Source: an uncultured cyanobacterium (GTDB lineage: Bacteria; Cyanobacteriota; Cyanobacteriia; Cyanobacteriales; CAWUOF01). From it: DNA of 64,000 nucleotides. The stretch lies in NCBI GenBank assembly GCA_963744145.1, contig CAVUSO010000001.1, positions 2,688,001 through 2,752,000 of the forward strand, in the 5' to 3' direction. Positions 9,586 through 19,329 of the stretch are shown piece by piece. The notes beneath the pieces were generated by a model. That model saw only the letters and a program-made list of their open reading frames with translations, did no database searches and was not told the DNA's origin. Made by a program: the position numbers and the translations under genes. Positions within the stretch are counted from its first letter, which is position 1. Each line of letters begins with the position of its first letter.

Positions 9586-11091
9586 ATGGTTACAAGAGTT
9601 ACAACTCAAGAAAGTCGTCAATTGCAAAGCAGTCAAGCACCAGATGCTAATGCTGCTAATGCTGCTGAATATCGTCCATTGCAAAGTGTAACCACAGAAG
9701 CGGCTCGTCAGTTAGCGGTTACGAATAATACAGTTCCCCAAATGGTGGGAATTACTCCTCGATGGTTACTACATTTCTTACCCTGGGTGCAAGTAACATC
9801 AGGAACTTATCGCGTCAATCGCACCAAGGTTGTACTAAAACACAATCCCAAGATTTCTGTCAATAACAACAATGGCTTCTCAACAGTGGCACCAGAAGAT
9901 TTACGAGTGATCTCGATGCTCTCCCCGTTAGCAGCTAATGAAGCTTTACCAATTGCTAACGCTTTCCAACCTGAGCATTTTGCCATTGGAGCAACTCCAA
10001 TCACAGTAGGACAAACTAGTGATAAGTTCTACATTGTGATTCAGGGTAAATTGGAAGTTTTAGTACGAGGCGCTCATGGGGAAAACTTACGTCGTACCGT
10101 ACTGGGTGCAGGGGACTACTTCGGTGAAGAAAATCTCTATCAAGATACACCTAGTGATGCCACAGTTCGCGCCCTGACCGATGTTGATGTGCTCACGATT
10201 TCGAGAGCTAGTTTTGAGCAGATTACCAATCAGTTCCCAGGACTGCGCGATCGCCTGCGACAATCAAGGGAAGAGCGAGGACAAATGAAGCAATTCCTCA
10301 ACAAACATGGGGAAGAAAAAATTGCTTTGATCAGTGATTACGAAGGAGAAAATGAAGTCCCAGCGTCATATATTGACTATGAAGGCGATCCGCAAGAATA
10401 CGAATTAAGTCTTGTCCAAAGTATTCTGCGCGTACATACCCGTGTCAGCGATCTTTACAATGAACCCATTGATCAATTGCGCGAACAGTTGCGATTGACA
10501 GTAGAAGGGATGAAAGAGCAGCAAGAATGGGAAATCATCAACAACCCAGACTTTGGCTTGCTGAACAACGTTTCACCGTTAATGCGGCTGCAACCTCGCT
10601 ACGGTCCTCCTACCCCCGATGATTTGGATGATATGTTAGCTCGGGTGTGGAAAAAACCCGCTTTCTTCCTCGCTCATCCTCAAGCGATCGCCGCTTTCGG
10701 ACGTGAATGCACCCGTCGCGGTGTACCTCCAGTAGCATTGAATTTGTTTGGTTCTCCCTTCATCACCTGGCGTGGTGTGCCCCTAGTCCCCTGCGATAAG
10801 CTAGAAATCCGGGGTGGCAATAGTAGCATCCACGGACCAGGTAAGACCAGTATTCTACTGATGCGAGTAGGGGAAAGCGACCAAGGTGTAGTTGGATTAC
10901 ATAAGATCGGTATTGCTGGCGAACAACTGCCTGGTCTATCTGTCCGCTTTATGGGACTTACCAATGACGCGATCGCTTCATACTTGATGACCCTGTATTT
11001 CTCCTGTGCAGTGCTAACGGATGATGCTTTAGCTGTCCTCGAAGATGTTGAAGTTGGATATTACCATGACTATGTCTATTCAGGGTCTTGA
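9586..11091 (+). CDS. Family 2B encapsulin shell protein (SrpI-like HK97 fold with inserted cNMP-binding domain)
   Basis: AARQLA..TVPQMVGITPRWLLHFLPWV..GTYRVNR, YELSLVQSILRVHTRVSDLYNEP, GPPTPDDLDDML, WRGVPLVPCDK; internal FYIVIQGKLEV..GDYFGE..ATVRAL domain; GGAG RBS before ATG 9586. Confidence 0.92.
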   Translation: MVTRVTTQESRQLQSSQAPDANAANAAEYRPLQSVTTEAARQLAVTNNTVPQMVGITPRWLLHFLPWVQVTSGTYRVNRTKVVLKHNPKISVNNNNGFSTVAPEDLRVISMLSPLAANEALPIANAFQPEHFAIGATPITVGQTSDKFYIVIQGKLEVLVRGAHGENLRRTVLGAGDYFGEENLYQDTPSDATVRALTDVDVLTISRASFEQITNQFPGLRDRLRQSREERGQMKQFLNKHGEEKIALISDYEGENEVPASYIDYEGDPQEYELSLVQSILRVHTRVSDLYNEPIDQLREQLRLTVEGMKEQQEWEIINNPDFGLLNNVSPLMRLQPRYGPPTPDDLDDMLARVWKKPAFFLAHPQAIAAFGRECTRRGVPPVALNLFGSPFITWRGVPLVPCDKLEIRGGNSSIHGPGKTSILLMRVGESDQGVVGLHKIGIAGEQLPGLSVRFMGLTNDAIASYLMTLYFSCAVLTDDALAVLEDVEVGYYHDYVYSGS

Positions 11092-13138
11092 AGGTGAAAA
11101 CGGTAGGCAAGCACCTCAAGTCAATCCCTTACCAACATCGGCTTGGGGCAGTGACGCTTATGATCCGCACAGCATTGAAACCTTAGCCAATCAGCTTTAT
11201 AGCGCGGTTCCGGGCTCGCATAGTGGGGCAAACCAAGTTCACCAGGCTAAATCAGTTGGTGAAACCACAACGACCATGCCCCATGAGACATCGACTCAAG
11301 CTCCAGCGGTAACCATCCCATCCAGTCCAGCTGTTCCCGCAGCACCTGCCACTCCAGCAACAGGAACTGAAATTCCCGCTGGGCAGGGAGTCACTGGCAT
11401 AACTCCCACCTCCGCCGATCCACTAGGCCAAATTATCCAGCAGTTGCACGCCCAGATGTATGTGGGCAACTTGGATAGTGCCATGAAACAGGCGATCGCT
11501 GGACTGAGTACCCCGACTCAACCAGCGATCGGTGGACTAAGTACCCCCAACCAATCGGCGATCGGTGGACTAAGTACCCCCAGCCAACCAGCGATCGGTG
11601 GACTAAGTGCCCCGACTCAACCAGCGATGAGTGGACTGAGTACCCCTAGTCAACCGGCGATCGGTGGACTAAGTACCCCCAACCAGGAAGCTGTTGCTCA
11701 ACCAAAAGTGGCAACTGTGCCCAGTAGCACTTTCAGTCAGGAAGCTTTAAATGGGATTGCACAACAGATGCTGCAATCGGTGCCACAGCTTTTCGGCGAC
11801 CCAACTCAGAAGTCTGCTGTGACAACACCTGGTCTGACCGAAGCTCCAGGGACAACAGCCGATCAATCGAATTTCTACTTCATCTCAACTCCACAGGTAG
11901 AAAAACAGGGGTTGAAGTCGGATACTCCGTTTGATGTCCATATCGTTCGCCAAGATTTTCCGATCTTGCATCAGAAAGTAAATGGGAAACCATTGATCTG
12001 GCTAGACAATGCGGCTACCACCCAAAAGCCCCAAAGTGTGATTGATAGTATTTCCCGTTTCTACGAACGAGACAACTCTAACATTCACCGTGCCGCCCAC
12101 ACCCTAGCTGCCAGAGCAACGGATGCTTATGAAGCAGCCAGAGAAACGGTACAACGGTTTTTGGGAGCGAGTTCAAAGACTGAGATTATCTTTGCTCGGG
12201 GTACTACCGAAGCGATCAACTTGGTCGCCAAAACTTACGGACGTCAGCAAATCCGCAAGGATGATGAAATCATTCTCTCAACCCTGGAACACCATGCTAA
12301 TATCGTGCCCTGGCAAATGTTAGCCCAGGAAACTGGCGCGATTTTAAAGGTAATTCCAGTTAATCAGTCTGGCGAAGTTATTCTGGAAGAATACGCGAGA
12401 CTGTTAGGTCCTCGGACTCGGATCGTTGCTGTCACTCATGTGTCTAACGCTCTGGGTACGATCTTGCCAGTCCAAGAAATCACACATATGGCGCACAGAC
12501 ATGGCGCGATCGTGCTGATCGATGGAGCGCAAGGGATTCCTCACTTATCGGTCAATGTCCAAGCTTTAGACTGTGACTTCTATACCTTTTCTGGTCACAA
12601 ATTGTTTGGACCGACAGGGATTGGTGTCCTGTATGGGAAACAGGAACTCCTGGAAACTATGCCCCCTTGGCAGGGTGGGGGCAGTATGATCCGTCATGTG
12701 ACGTTTGAACATACCGTTTATGAAGATCCACCAGCAAAATTTGAAGCGGGAACACCTAATATTGCTGATGCGGTCGGACTAGGTGCAGCGATTGACTATA
12801 TTACCCGTTTGGGAATGGTTAATCTAGAACGTTATGAGCAACAACTGACGGAATATGCCACAGAGCGTCTGCTCGAAATTCCCGGATTGCGTTTGATTGG
12901 GACGGCTGCCCATAAAGTTGGTGTGCTATCCTTTGTGTTTGACGATATTCCTCCGGAAACTGTAGGTAAACGTTTAGACCAGGAAGGGATCGCAGTACGC
13001 GCTGGTCATCATTGTGCCCAGCCCACGATGCAGCGGTATAATGTGATCGGGACGGTTCGGCCTTCTCTGGCTTTCTATAATACTTATGAGGAAATCGACA
13101 CCCTCGTAGAAGTTCTGCGAAATCTGCGCTATCGTTAG
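11072..13138 (+). CDS. SufS-class cysteine desulfurase with long disordered N-terminal encapsulin-loading region
   Basis: LDNAATTQKP, EHHANIVPWQ, PLP lysine SGHK, catalytic RAGHHCAQP; ~280 aa P/T/S/Q-rich leader; overlaps the shell gene end. Confidence 0.93.
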   Translation: MSIQGLEGENGRQAPQVNPLPTSAWGSDAYDPHSIETLANQLYSAVPGSHSGANQVHQAKSVGETTTTMPHETSTQAPAVTIPSSPAVPAAPATPATGTEIPAGQGVTGITPTSADPLGQIIQQLHAQMYVGNLDSAMKQAIAGLSTPTQPAIGGLSTPNQSAIGGLSTPSQPAIGGLSAPTQPAMSGLSTPSQPAIGGLSTPNQEAVAQPKVATVPSSTFSQEALNGIAQQMLQSVPQLFGDPTQKSAVTTPGLTEAPGTTADQSNFYFISTPQVEKQGLKSDTPFDVHIVRQDFPILHQKVNGKPLIWLDNAATTQKPQSVIDSISRFYERDNSNIHRAAHTLAARATDAYEAARETVQRFLGASSKTEIIFARGTTEAINLVAKTYGRQQIRKDDEIILSTLEHHANIVPWQMLAQETGAILKVIPVNQSGEVILEEYARLLGPRTRIVAVTHVSNALGTILPVQEITHMAHRHGAIVLIDGAQGIPHLSVNVQALDCDFYTFSGHKLFGPTGIGVLYGKQELLETMPPWQGGGSMIRHVTFEHTVYEDPPAKFEAGTPNIADAVGLGAAIDYITRLGMVNLERYEQQLTEYATERLLEIPGLRLIGTAAHKVGVLSFVFDDIPPETVGKRLDQEGIAVRAGHHCAQPTMQRYNVIGTVRPSLAFYNTYEEIDTLVEVLRNLRYR
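11492..11689 (+). repeat. Six 33-nt coding tandem repeats (AIGGLSTPxQP)
   Basis: Units gcgatcggtggactaagtaccccNNNNcaacca, starting with HIP1 or a HIP1 variant. Confidence 0.9.
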
Positions 13139-13150
13139 CTCCACCATGCA

Positions 13151-13192
13151 GACCTAACCCCCCAACCCCCTTCCCTATAAGGGAAGGGGGAG
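13151..13192. repeat. Cyanobacterial dispersed REP-like repeat
   Basis: gacctaaccccccaacccccttccctataagggaaggggg; near-identical copy at 30713-30753; hairpin ccccttccct/agggaagggg. Confidence 0.8.
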
Positions 13193-13218
13193 TTTTTGAG
13201 GTAATTACAGAAAAGATT

Positions 13219-13647
13219 ATGATCGAGTTTAACTGGATCACCGCTTTACTCGGTGGGCTGCTGATTGGCACAAGTGCAACTATAATGCTCGCTTTTAATG
13301 GTCGCATCACTGGAATTTCTGGCCTACTTAATACTGCCATTACTTTTGCCCCTGGTGAAGGTTGGCGCTGGTTATTTCTGATCGGGCTATTATTGGGGGG
13401 AGCTTTCTATGAATATGTGATTGCATCCCAACCAACCCCAACTTCGGAATTTGCTCCTTGGACCATGATCGCAGGAGGTTTTCTCGTCGGGTTTGGCACC
13501 AGGATGGGTAAGGGTTGTACCAGTGGTCATGGAGTGTGTGGTTTGGGACGCTTGTCCGGACGATCGCTGGTTGCTGTCTTAACTTTTCTTACCACTGGGA
13601 TGGTCACGGTTTTGATTGTTCGTCACCTGCTGTCCTGGTCGATTTGA
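13219..13647 (+). CDS. YeeE/YedE-family sulfur-compound transporter subunit
   Basis: GGLLIG..NGRITGISG, GFLVGFGTRMGKGCTSGHGVCG. Confidence 0.92.
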   Translation: MIEFNWITALLGGLLIGTSATIMLAFNGRITGISGLLNTAITFAPGEGWRWLFLIGLLLGGAFYEYVIASQPTPTSEFAPWTMIAGGFLVGFGTRMGKGCTSGHGVCGLGRLSGRSLVAVLTFLTTGMVTVLIVRHLLSWSI

Positions 13648-13659
13648 GGTATAGGACAA

Positions 13660-14067
13660 GTGAAACAAAATTTAATTACTCTGATTGCTGGGATATTGTT
13701 TGGTTTGGGTCTAGGTCTGTCCCAGATGATCGATCAGCAACGGGTCCTCGGCTTTCTCGATGTTACTGGTCATTGGGACCCGACGTTACTGTTTGTGCTA
13801 GGTGGGGCAGTAAGTGTGACAGTAATTGCATTTCAGTTGATTTTGCGCTTACCCCACCCACTCTGGGATGAGAAGTTCCATTTACCCACCCAAACCAATA
13901 TCGATCGCCCTCTAGTTATCGGAGCTGTGATCTTTGGGATCGGCTGGGGGATTGCTGGTTACTGTCCTGGACCAGGTATTACAGCGCTAGTGCTGGGGAT
14001 CTGGAATCCTGTATTGTTTTTAGTCGCAATGATTGTTGGCTCACTGACTTATAAGAGGTTTAGTTAA
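13660..14067 (+). CDS. YeeE/YedE-family sulfur-compound transporter, partner subunit
   Basis: GILFGLGLGLSQM, VLGFLDVTGHWDPTL, FGIGWGIAGYCPGP. Confidence 0.92.
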   Translation: MKQNLITLIAGILFGLGLGLSQMIDQQRVLGFLDVTGHWDPTLLFVLGGAVSVTVIAFQLILRLPHPLWDEKFHLPTQTNIDRPLVIGAVIFGIGWGIAGYCPGPGITALVLGIWNPVLFLVAMIVGSLTYKRFS

Positions 14068-14332
14068 TGATAATCTCTTTGAAATAATTAGGTGGTAATG
14101 CCAATGTTGTTTCATCAGGTATATAGCTAATCTGCTCTGCTTCACAAGTAATATGCCATTTGTCACCGACATCTTCGATATAATCTTTGGATGTATGACT
14201 AGGGCAGTGTATAGTAATATGGTTGCAGAAGTTTTCTAGACCACTCACGATCACACGCCATTCTTTGCTTTGGGGATCGGTGGGAGAATATTTGGTGTTG
14301 AAACGGATTTTTACTAGCGTTTTTTTAGACAT
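14060..14332 (-). CDS. Hypothetical protein
   Basis: 90-aa ORF with ATG and an upstream AGGA; family not recognised. Confidence 0.55.
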   Translation of the reverse strand: MSKKTLVKIRFNTKYSPTDPQSKEWRVIVSGLENFCNHITIHCPSHTSKDYIEDVGDKWHITCEAEQISYIPDETTLALPPNYFKEIIIN

Positions 14333-14441
14333 AGTTGATTCCTAGTAAATATACTTTTATAGTATAGTCTAAATTTAGTAAAGTAGATGATTTTTAACAG
14401 TAAATTTTGGTTTAATCGCTAGATATTGATTATTCAGAATT

Positions 14442-14484
14442 TCCCGTGCGATCGGCAAAGTTAACTATTACCGATCGCACGGGA
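14442..14484. terminator. Inverted repeat, possible terminator
   Basis: TCCCGTGCGATCGG ... CCGATCGCACGGGA, 14-bp stem downstream of the 14529-14888 gene. Confidence 0.5.
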
Positions 14485-14528
14485 GATAATGGGATGTTAT
14501 TCTAGATGTTTCAAACCTATATACAGAT

Positions 14529-14888
14529 TTATGACTGATGGTGAAATTTTTCTCCATAATATGCTGCTTCAACTGTAATTTGACCGATAATATGCAGGTT
14601 GAATTCTGGGAGTTGTTCAGCTGGCACCCATAGTTCTTGATGAATGCTACTTCCAACTGTTTGAATTTCAAACTGATTGATATAGTCATCATCTACCTCA
14701 AATTTAGTCACAAATCCAGCAAAACCATTGCTCTGAGTATTCCATTTTTCAGCAATTTGGGCAGCATATTCAAAATTGAGAACTGGGTAGAAAATAGGTT
14801 GTTCAGGAAGTCGGGGAGGAAAAGACCGGAAGTTTGTTTGAGCAATTAATTCAAGTTCCTTAACTCCCACAGGACGATAAAGTAACAT
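14529..14888 (-). CDS. Conserved hypothetical protein (often annotated ADP-ribosylation/crystallin J1-related)
   Basis: LYRPVG..ELELI..FPPRLPEQPIFYPVLN..YA.QIA..WN, H.ELWVPAE.L..FN..I.G.I motifs. Confidence 0.7.
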   Translation of the reverse strand: MLLYRPVGVKELELIAQTNFRSFPPRLPEQPIFYPVLNFEYAAQIAEKWNTQSNGFAGFVTKFEVDDDYINQFEIQTVGSSIHQELWVPAEQLPEFNLHIIGQITVEAAYYGEKFHHQS

Positions 14889-15184
14889 AGCTTTCTGATG
14901 ATGGGATTAGAGTAAATTTTATCACCAATCTATTTGATTCATAAATTACGGTAGGCTAAACTTGCTAATACTTCTCAAACTGCCATTACTATTAGTTTTT
15001 TAGTAATAAATATTTCTCGCATCCTACGGCAGTTTCTTTGGGCTTTTTTATGTCTATTTCCGAACATAACATCGGTTTCATGACTAATTAATCCTTCCCT
15101 TGCTTTTTCATTACTTTTTCAGCAAGCCCTAAATAGTGTCGTAGGCGGAAATAGTAGCATATTCCCCTACGACTTGTTTTAAAA

Positions 15185-16411
15185 TTAACCTTCTTCCTCA
15201 GTTTTTAGAGCCGCAGTTTTTATGGATAAAGCTAGTTTTTGATTACCTCGATAAACTTGTACTTGTAACTTTTGTCCAAGCTTACTCTTTTCCACAATAC
15301 TTTGCAGTTCTTCAGCTTTAGCTGTTGGTTGTTCATCTATTGCTACAATTACATCTCCTACACGCAATCCTGATGTTGCAGCTGGAGTATGAGGTATGAT
15401 TCTGACTACTAATACTCCATTAATTTCTGGAAGAATGATTAAAGAATTGGGATCACTATTATTTTCTTGAGCGAGAGTTGGTGTCAAATTGGCGATTTGT
15501 ACTCCTATATAAGGATGGGAAATTTTTTTACCTTGCGCTAACTCAGCTTGAATTGCTTTAGCTGTGTTGATGGGAATTGCAAAACCGATTCCAGTTGCAT
15601 TAGCACGAATTGCGGTGTTAATTCCAATTACTTCTCCTTGATCGTTGAGCAATGGTCCCCCAGAATTACCCGGATTAATTGCTGCATCAGTTTGAATGAA
15701 GTCGATCCGTTTATCAGGTATTCCCGCTTGGACACTGGAACGATTGAGGGTGCTAATTATCCCCAAGGTCACGGTGTTATTTAATCCAAAGGGATTACCC
15801 ACAGCGATCGCCCAATCTCCTACTTGCACTTTTGACGAATCACCTAATGGTGCTACTGGTAAATCTTCACCATTATTATTGATTTTCACGATCGCTAAAT
15901 CCGTGACTCCATCTGTACCTTGAACTTTTCCTTTGAGCGTCCGTCCATCCTTGAGGGTGACAGTTACTTTGTCAGCATCATTGACAACATGAGCATTTGT
16001 GAGTATAATACCGCTTTTATCAATAATAAAACCGGAACCTTCTCCACGCAAAAGTTGCTGTTGTGGTACTTTAGGAGCAAATTCATCGCCAAAAAAACGC
16101 CGAAAGAATGGATCATCAAGTAAGGGATCGGTTTCACGACTGGTAATAGTCTTCTCAGTCTCAATTAAAACTACTGCTGGACCAACTCGGTTGACTGCTG
16201 CGGTCACAAAACTACCACTTTTGATTTCTGCTGGTAGTTTGGGGGGAGCGACGGTTTCTTTTGATGGGGTAGGAACGACAGTTGGCAGAGTTAAGGCAGC
16301 TTGAGATGGTAAGATATAGATACTCATCGCTGCGATCGCAGAGCTTAAAATAATCGCGCAAGCGGAGGTGCTAATTTGACGCACAAACTGAAAAAATTTC
16401 TGGCATTTCAT
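15185..16411 (-). CDS. HtrA/DegP-family serine protease (HhoA/HhoB-like)
   Basis: GSGFII, LTNAHVV, DLAIV, QTDAAINPGNSGGPL, C-terminal PDZ. Confidence 0.95.
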   Translation of the reverse strand: MKCQKFFQFVRQISTSACAIILSSAIAAMSIYILPSQAALTLPTVVPTPSKETVAPPKLPAEIKSGSFVTAAVNRVGPAVVLIETEKTITSRETDPLLDDPFFRRFFGDEFAPKVPQQQLLRGEGSGFIIDKSGIILTNAHVVNDADKVTVTLKDGRTLKGKVQGTDGVTDLAIVKINNNGEDLPVAPLGDSSKVQVGDWAIAVGNPFGLNNTVTLGIISTLNRSSVQAGIPDKRIDFIQTDAAINPGNSGGPLLNDQGEVIGINTAIRANATGIGFAIPINTAKAIQAELAQGKKISHPYIGVQIANLTPTLAQENNSDPNSLIILPEINGVLVVRIIPHTPAATSGLRVGDVIVAIDEQPTAKAEELQSIVEKSKLGQKLQVQVYRGNQKLALSIKTAALKTEEEG

Positions 16412-16514
16412 GGTATGAGTTTTCTGATTTAGGTGAAGTAAAGAGAGAATATTTTAGCTAATTTTGCTTCTTCAGATAGATAATTGAACAGTTGTAATTA
16501 AACCTTAGAGCTAC

Positions 16515-16862
16515 ATGACCATATCCCAACCTCCCATTGACCAAGATCCTGATCATTACCATCATCGAGATCCTCATTCTCACCATGCTCATGTTCACAG
16601 TGAGGATTCCCTCCGACGAATTATCAATCGATTATCACGGATTGAGGGTCATGTGCGCGGGATTAAAACCATGATCCAAGCAAGTACCCCTTGTCCAGAT
16701 GTTTTAGTCCAAATTGCCGCAGTGCGTGGAGCTTTGGATCGGGTAGCAAGAATTATTCTAGATGAACATTTAACTGAATGTATTGCCCGTGCTGCCAAAG
16801 AAGGTAACATTCAAGCAGAAATTGAAGAACTAAAAGCGGCTTTAGATCGATTTTTGCCTTAA
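16515..16862 (+). CDS. inrS: CsoR/RcnR-family metal-sensing repressor (InrS-like)
   Basis: His-rich N-terminus, RLSRIEGHVRGI, CPDVLVQIAAVRGAL, EHLTEC. Confidence 0.85.
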   Translation: MTISQPPIDQDPDHYHHRDPHSHHAHVHSEDSLRRIINRLSRIEGHVRGIKTMIQASTPCPDVLVQIAAVRGALDRVARIILDEHLTECIARAAKEGNIQAEIEELKAALDRFLP

Positions 16863-16927
16863 CATTATGATCCTGGCTATGACTGAAGTATTTCAGTAGA
16901 ATATATTAGGTCAAACCCCGATCACGA

Positions 16928-17716
16928 TCAAGATTTGGTTGGTTTTTTTAACTCTTCCTGCAACATTTTCTGATAAATCTTCGGCAAATTATTAGTCATG
17001 GAATTCGCTTCACTCCCCATTTCCAAACTTGTCCAAGTATTAGATAATAAGTGGAAGACCTCAGTTAATTTTCCCTGATGCAACAACTCAGGAATATTTG
17101 CACCCCAAGCTGAACGATCGATTAACCATTTATAAACTACTTGATCTTGAAACTCTGGTTCAAAACTATAGGATTGCCACAGCCAAAATTTCTGTGGTCG
17201 AGGATGATATAATTTGGCTTTTTCTTCCCAAGTAGTAGTCAGCATTTGATAACGTCCTGCTGCTGTAGTACAATAGTTTTTATTTGGTCCAGTAACTATC
17301 TTGATACAAAGATCGGGATGGTGGGAAAGATCGCTGACATATCGACCACCATAGACAACTGCGTATGGACGAGATACATTGGATTCACTTACAGAAATAG
17401 TTCGCATCAGGGCTCTCACGTAGGGATCACCCCCTTGCATCGCTAAGGATGGTAAGGTGTGAGTAGAATGAGAAACAGAATGGGAAACAGGCGATCGGGG
17501 CACAAAGCACCATTTGATTAATGCAATCAAACCAAGAGTAACAATACCACCAGCAAGAATCCGACGGATTTTGGTATCCCGTAACCGAGCAGCGGTAAAC
17601 TTAGCCTGACGATATTCTAGTAGAGAAGACTTATGCAGCAACCCCGATTTCGCTCCATCAGCAAGAGTGATTATTTCATCAACTATTTTACCACACCAGC
17701 AAATAATTGTTCCCAA
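16928..17716 (-). CDS. Lambda-lysozyme-like muramidase (GH104-like) with N-terminal membrane anchor
   Basis: RALMRTISVSE, TAAGRYQML..TW, FEPEFQD, LSNTWTSL; true start probably downstream of 17716. Confidence 0.75.
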   Translation of the reverse strand: MGTIICWCGKIVDEIITLADGAKSGLLHKSSLLEYRQAKFTAARLRDTKIRRILAGGIVTLGLIALIKWCFVPRSPVSHSVSHSTHTLPSLAMQGGDPYVRALMRTISVSESNVSRPYAVVYGGRYVSDLSHHPDLCIKIVTGPNKNYCTTAAGRYQMLTTTWEEKAKLYHPRPQKFWLWQSYSFEPEFQDQVVYKWLIDRSAWGANIPELLHQGKLTEVFHLLSNTWTSLEMGSEANSMTNNLPKIYQKMLQEELKKPTKS

Positions 17717-18348
17717 TCTGGGCTTACCTGGTCTGCTTGAGCAACTATTTCCACAATTTTATTTTGAGCTGCGGGTTGAAACAAAGCTGCGATCGCTACT
17801 TGTGCTACTTTAGTCCGGGGGATGCTTCCTTCAAACAAGGTATCAGCAGAAGACATGACGATCCCAAAATCATTATCTTCATTTTTCAAGCCACCTGGTC
17901 GGACAATAGTATAAGTAATGCCACTTTTTTGTAAATATGCTTCTGCTTGCTTTTTCCACACCAGAATCAACCAAAATAAATTGAGGGGATGAAACAACTG
18001 AGAAACACACAGAGATGAAACAAGAACGAATTGCTCAATCCCTTTAGACTGAGCGACATCGACTAGATTTTTAGTACCTTGATAATCGACCATAAATGGT
18101 CCGGTCGGGTCAAAACTTGGTTGAGCACCAGTCGCACATAATACCACTGTACTATCACCTAACGCAGCAGGCAAACTATCTACTTGGGAGACATCTCCGA
18201 CTACTAATTCAGCCTCTGGTGGTAAAATGGAGCGAGCTATTTCTAAATTACGGACTAAGGCTCGCACAGGAATGTCACGTTTGACTAATTCTTGCACAAT
18301 CCGACGACCTGTTTGTCCTGTTGCTCCTGCTACAAATGCTTTCATCAT
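17683..18348 (-). CDS. Atypical SDR / NAD(P)H-binding protein
   Basis: VAGATGQTG Rossmann motif, VDYQGTKNLV, YTIVRPGGL. Confidence 0.9.
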   Translation of the reverse strand: MMKAFVAGATGQTGRRIVQELVKRDIPVRALVRNLEIARSILPPEAELVVGDVSQVDSLPAALGDSTVVLCATGAQPSFDPTGPFMVDYQGTKNLVDVAQSKGIEQFVLVSSLCVSQLFHPLNLFWLILVWKKQAEAYLQKSGITYTIVRPGGLKNEDNDFGIVMSSADTLFEGSIPRTKVAQVAIAALFQPAAQNKIVEIVAQADQVSPDWEQLFAGVVK

Positions 18349-18568
18349 TTGACCTAACTCCGATAGTTGTTAATTATGCCAACTAATCTTGTACATCGTA
18401 ATTTCATAATTATGACAAATTAAATACACAATTATTTACTTTTTTCTGTTTATGCTTAATCGACTTACCAATATTCTTGCTCAACCAAATCAAAATGGTG
18501 ATCTTGATCATAAGTGTTGGCAGTTAGAGATGAGATGTTAGATGTCGGTTATCTGAGGAAAATAGACT

Positions 18569-19288
18569 ATGAAATCAGACTCTTTGAATGAAATGTCAAA
18601 GGAAGAAGCAGGGGATTCACAAACACCACAACCTGTCGTTCAAGAGCTAATTTGGTTTCGGACTGAATTTGTCGGCTGTATGGAAATGTATGCTAGTTTG
18701 GAGACGGTGGCTAATTATCTGGATGCTCATCAAGCTTGGTTTCGCAGATGTGCCCACCCCATGCAAACCGAGCCATTAGGTGACAATGGTTATGCTTTGA
18801 CGATTGGTCGTTTTGGGGCTCTGGGTTATGAGGTTGAACCGAAAATTGGCTTAGATTTAACCCCTCAAGAAGCAGGAGTTTATCGAATTGCTACGATTCC
18901 TGTGCCAAATTATGTTCCTCCCGGATATGAAGTTGATTTTCAAGCTCGTCAGGTATTAGTAGAAGTACCAATCTCAGAATTGTCCATCCTGGATCACTCC
19001 CTAGCGCAAGTTTTACCGAGTTTGGTGACTCGGGTTGAATGGCATCTTTACTTAAATGTTGGTGTTTTGTTTCCGAAATTTATTCAGGTTTTGCCCAAAA
19101 AAACTATAAAAAAAACAGGCGATCGCCTGTTAGCCCAAATCGTCAAACAAATTTCCCGACGTTTAACTTATAAAGTTCAAGAAGATTTTCATACTACCTT
19201 GGGATCTGAGGTCTTAGAATTCTTTCACCAAAATCGCTCTTTCCAAAAGAAGAAGGTAGTTTGTGAACAAGTGTTTGAATCTACTTAG
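18569..19288 (+). CDS. DUF1997 family protein
   Basis: YLDAHQAWFRRCAHPM, GRFGALGYEVEPKIGL, RRLTYKVQEDFH. Confidence 0.8.
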   Translation: MKSDSLNEMSKEEAGDSQTPQPVVQELIWFRTEFVGCMEMYASLETVANYLDAHQAWFRRCAHPMQTEPLGDNGYALTIGRFGALGYEVEPKIGLDLTPQEAGVYRIATIPVPNYVPPGYEVDFQARQVLVEVPISELSILDHSLAQVLPSLVTRVEWHLYLNVGVLFPKFIQVLPKKTIKKTGDRLLAQIVKQISRRLTYKVQEDFHTTLGSEVLEFFHQNRSFQKKKVVCEQVFEST

Positions 19289-19329
19289 GGTTTGGGTTTA
19301 GCTGGGTATTCGGATTTGGTGGCAATTGA

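Noticed and set aside
12819..13871. Overlapping ORFs 12819-13340 (-) and 13515-13871 (+)
   Set aside because: Shadow frames of the desulfurase and YeeE genes
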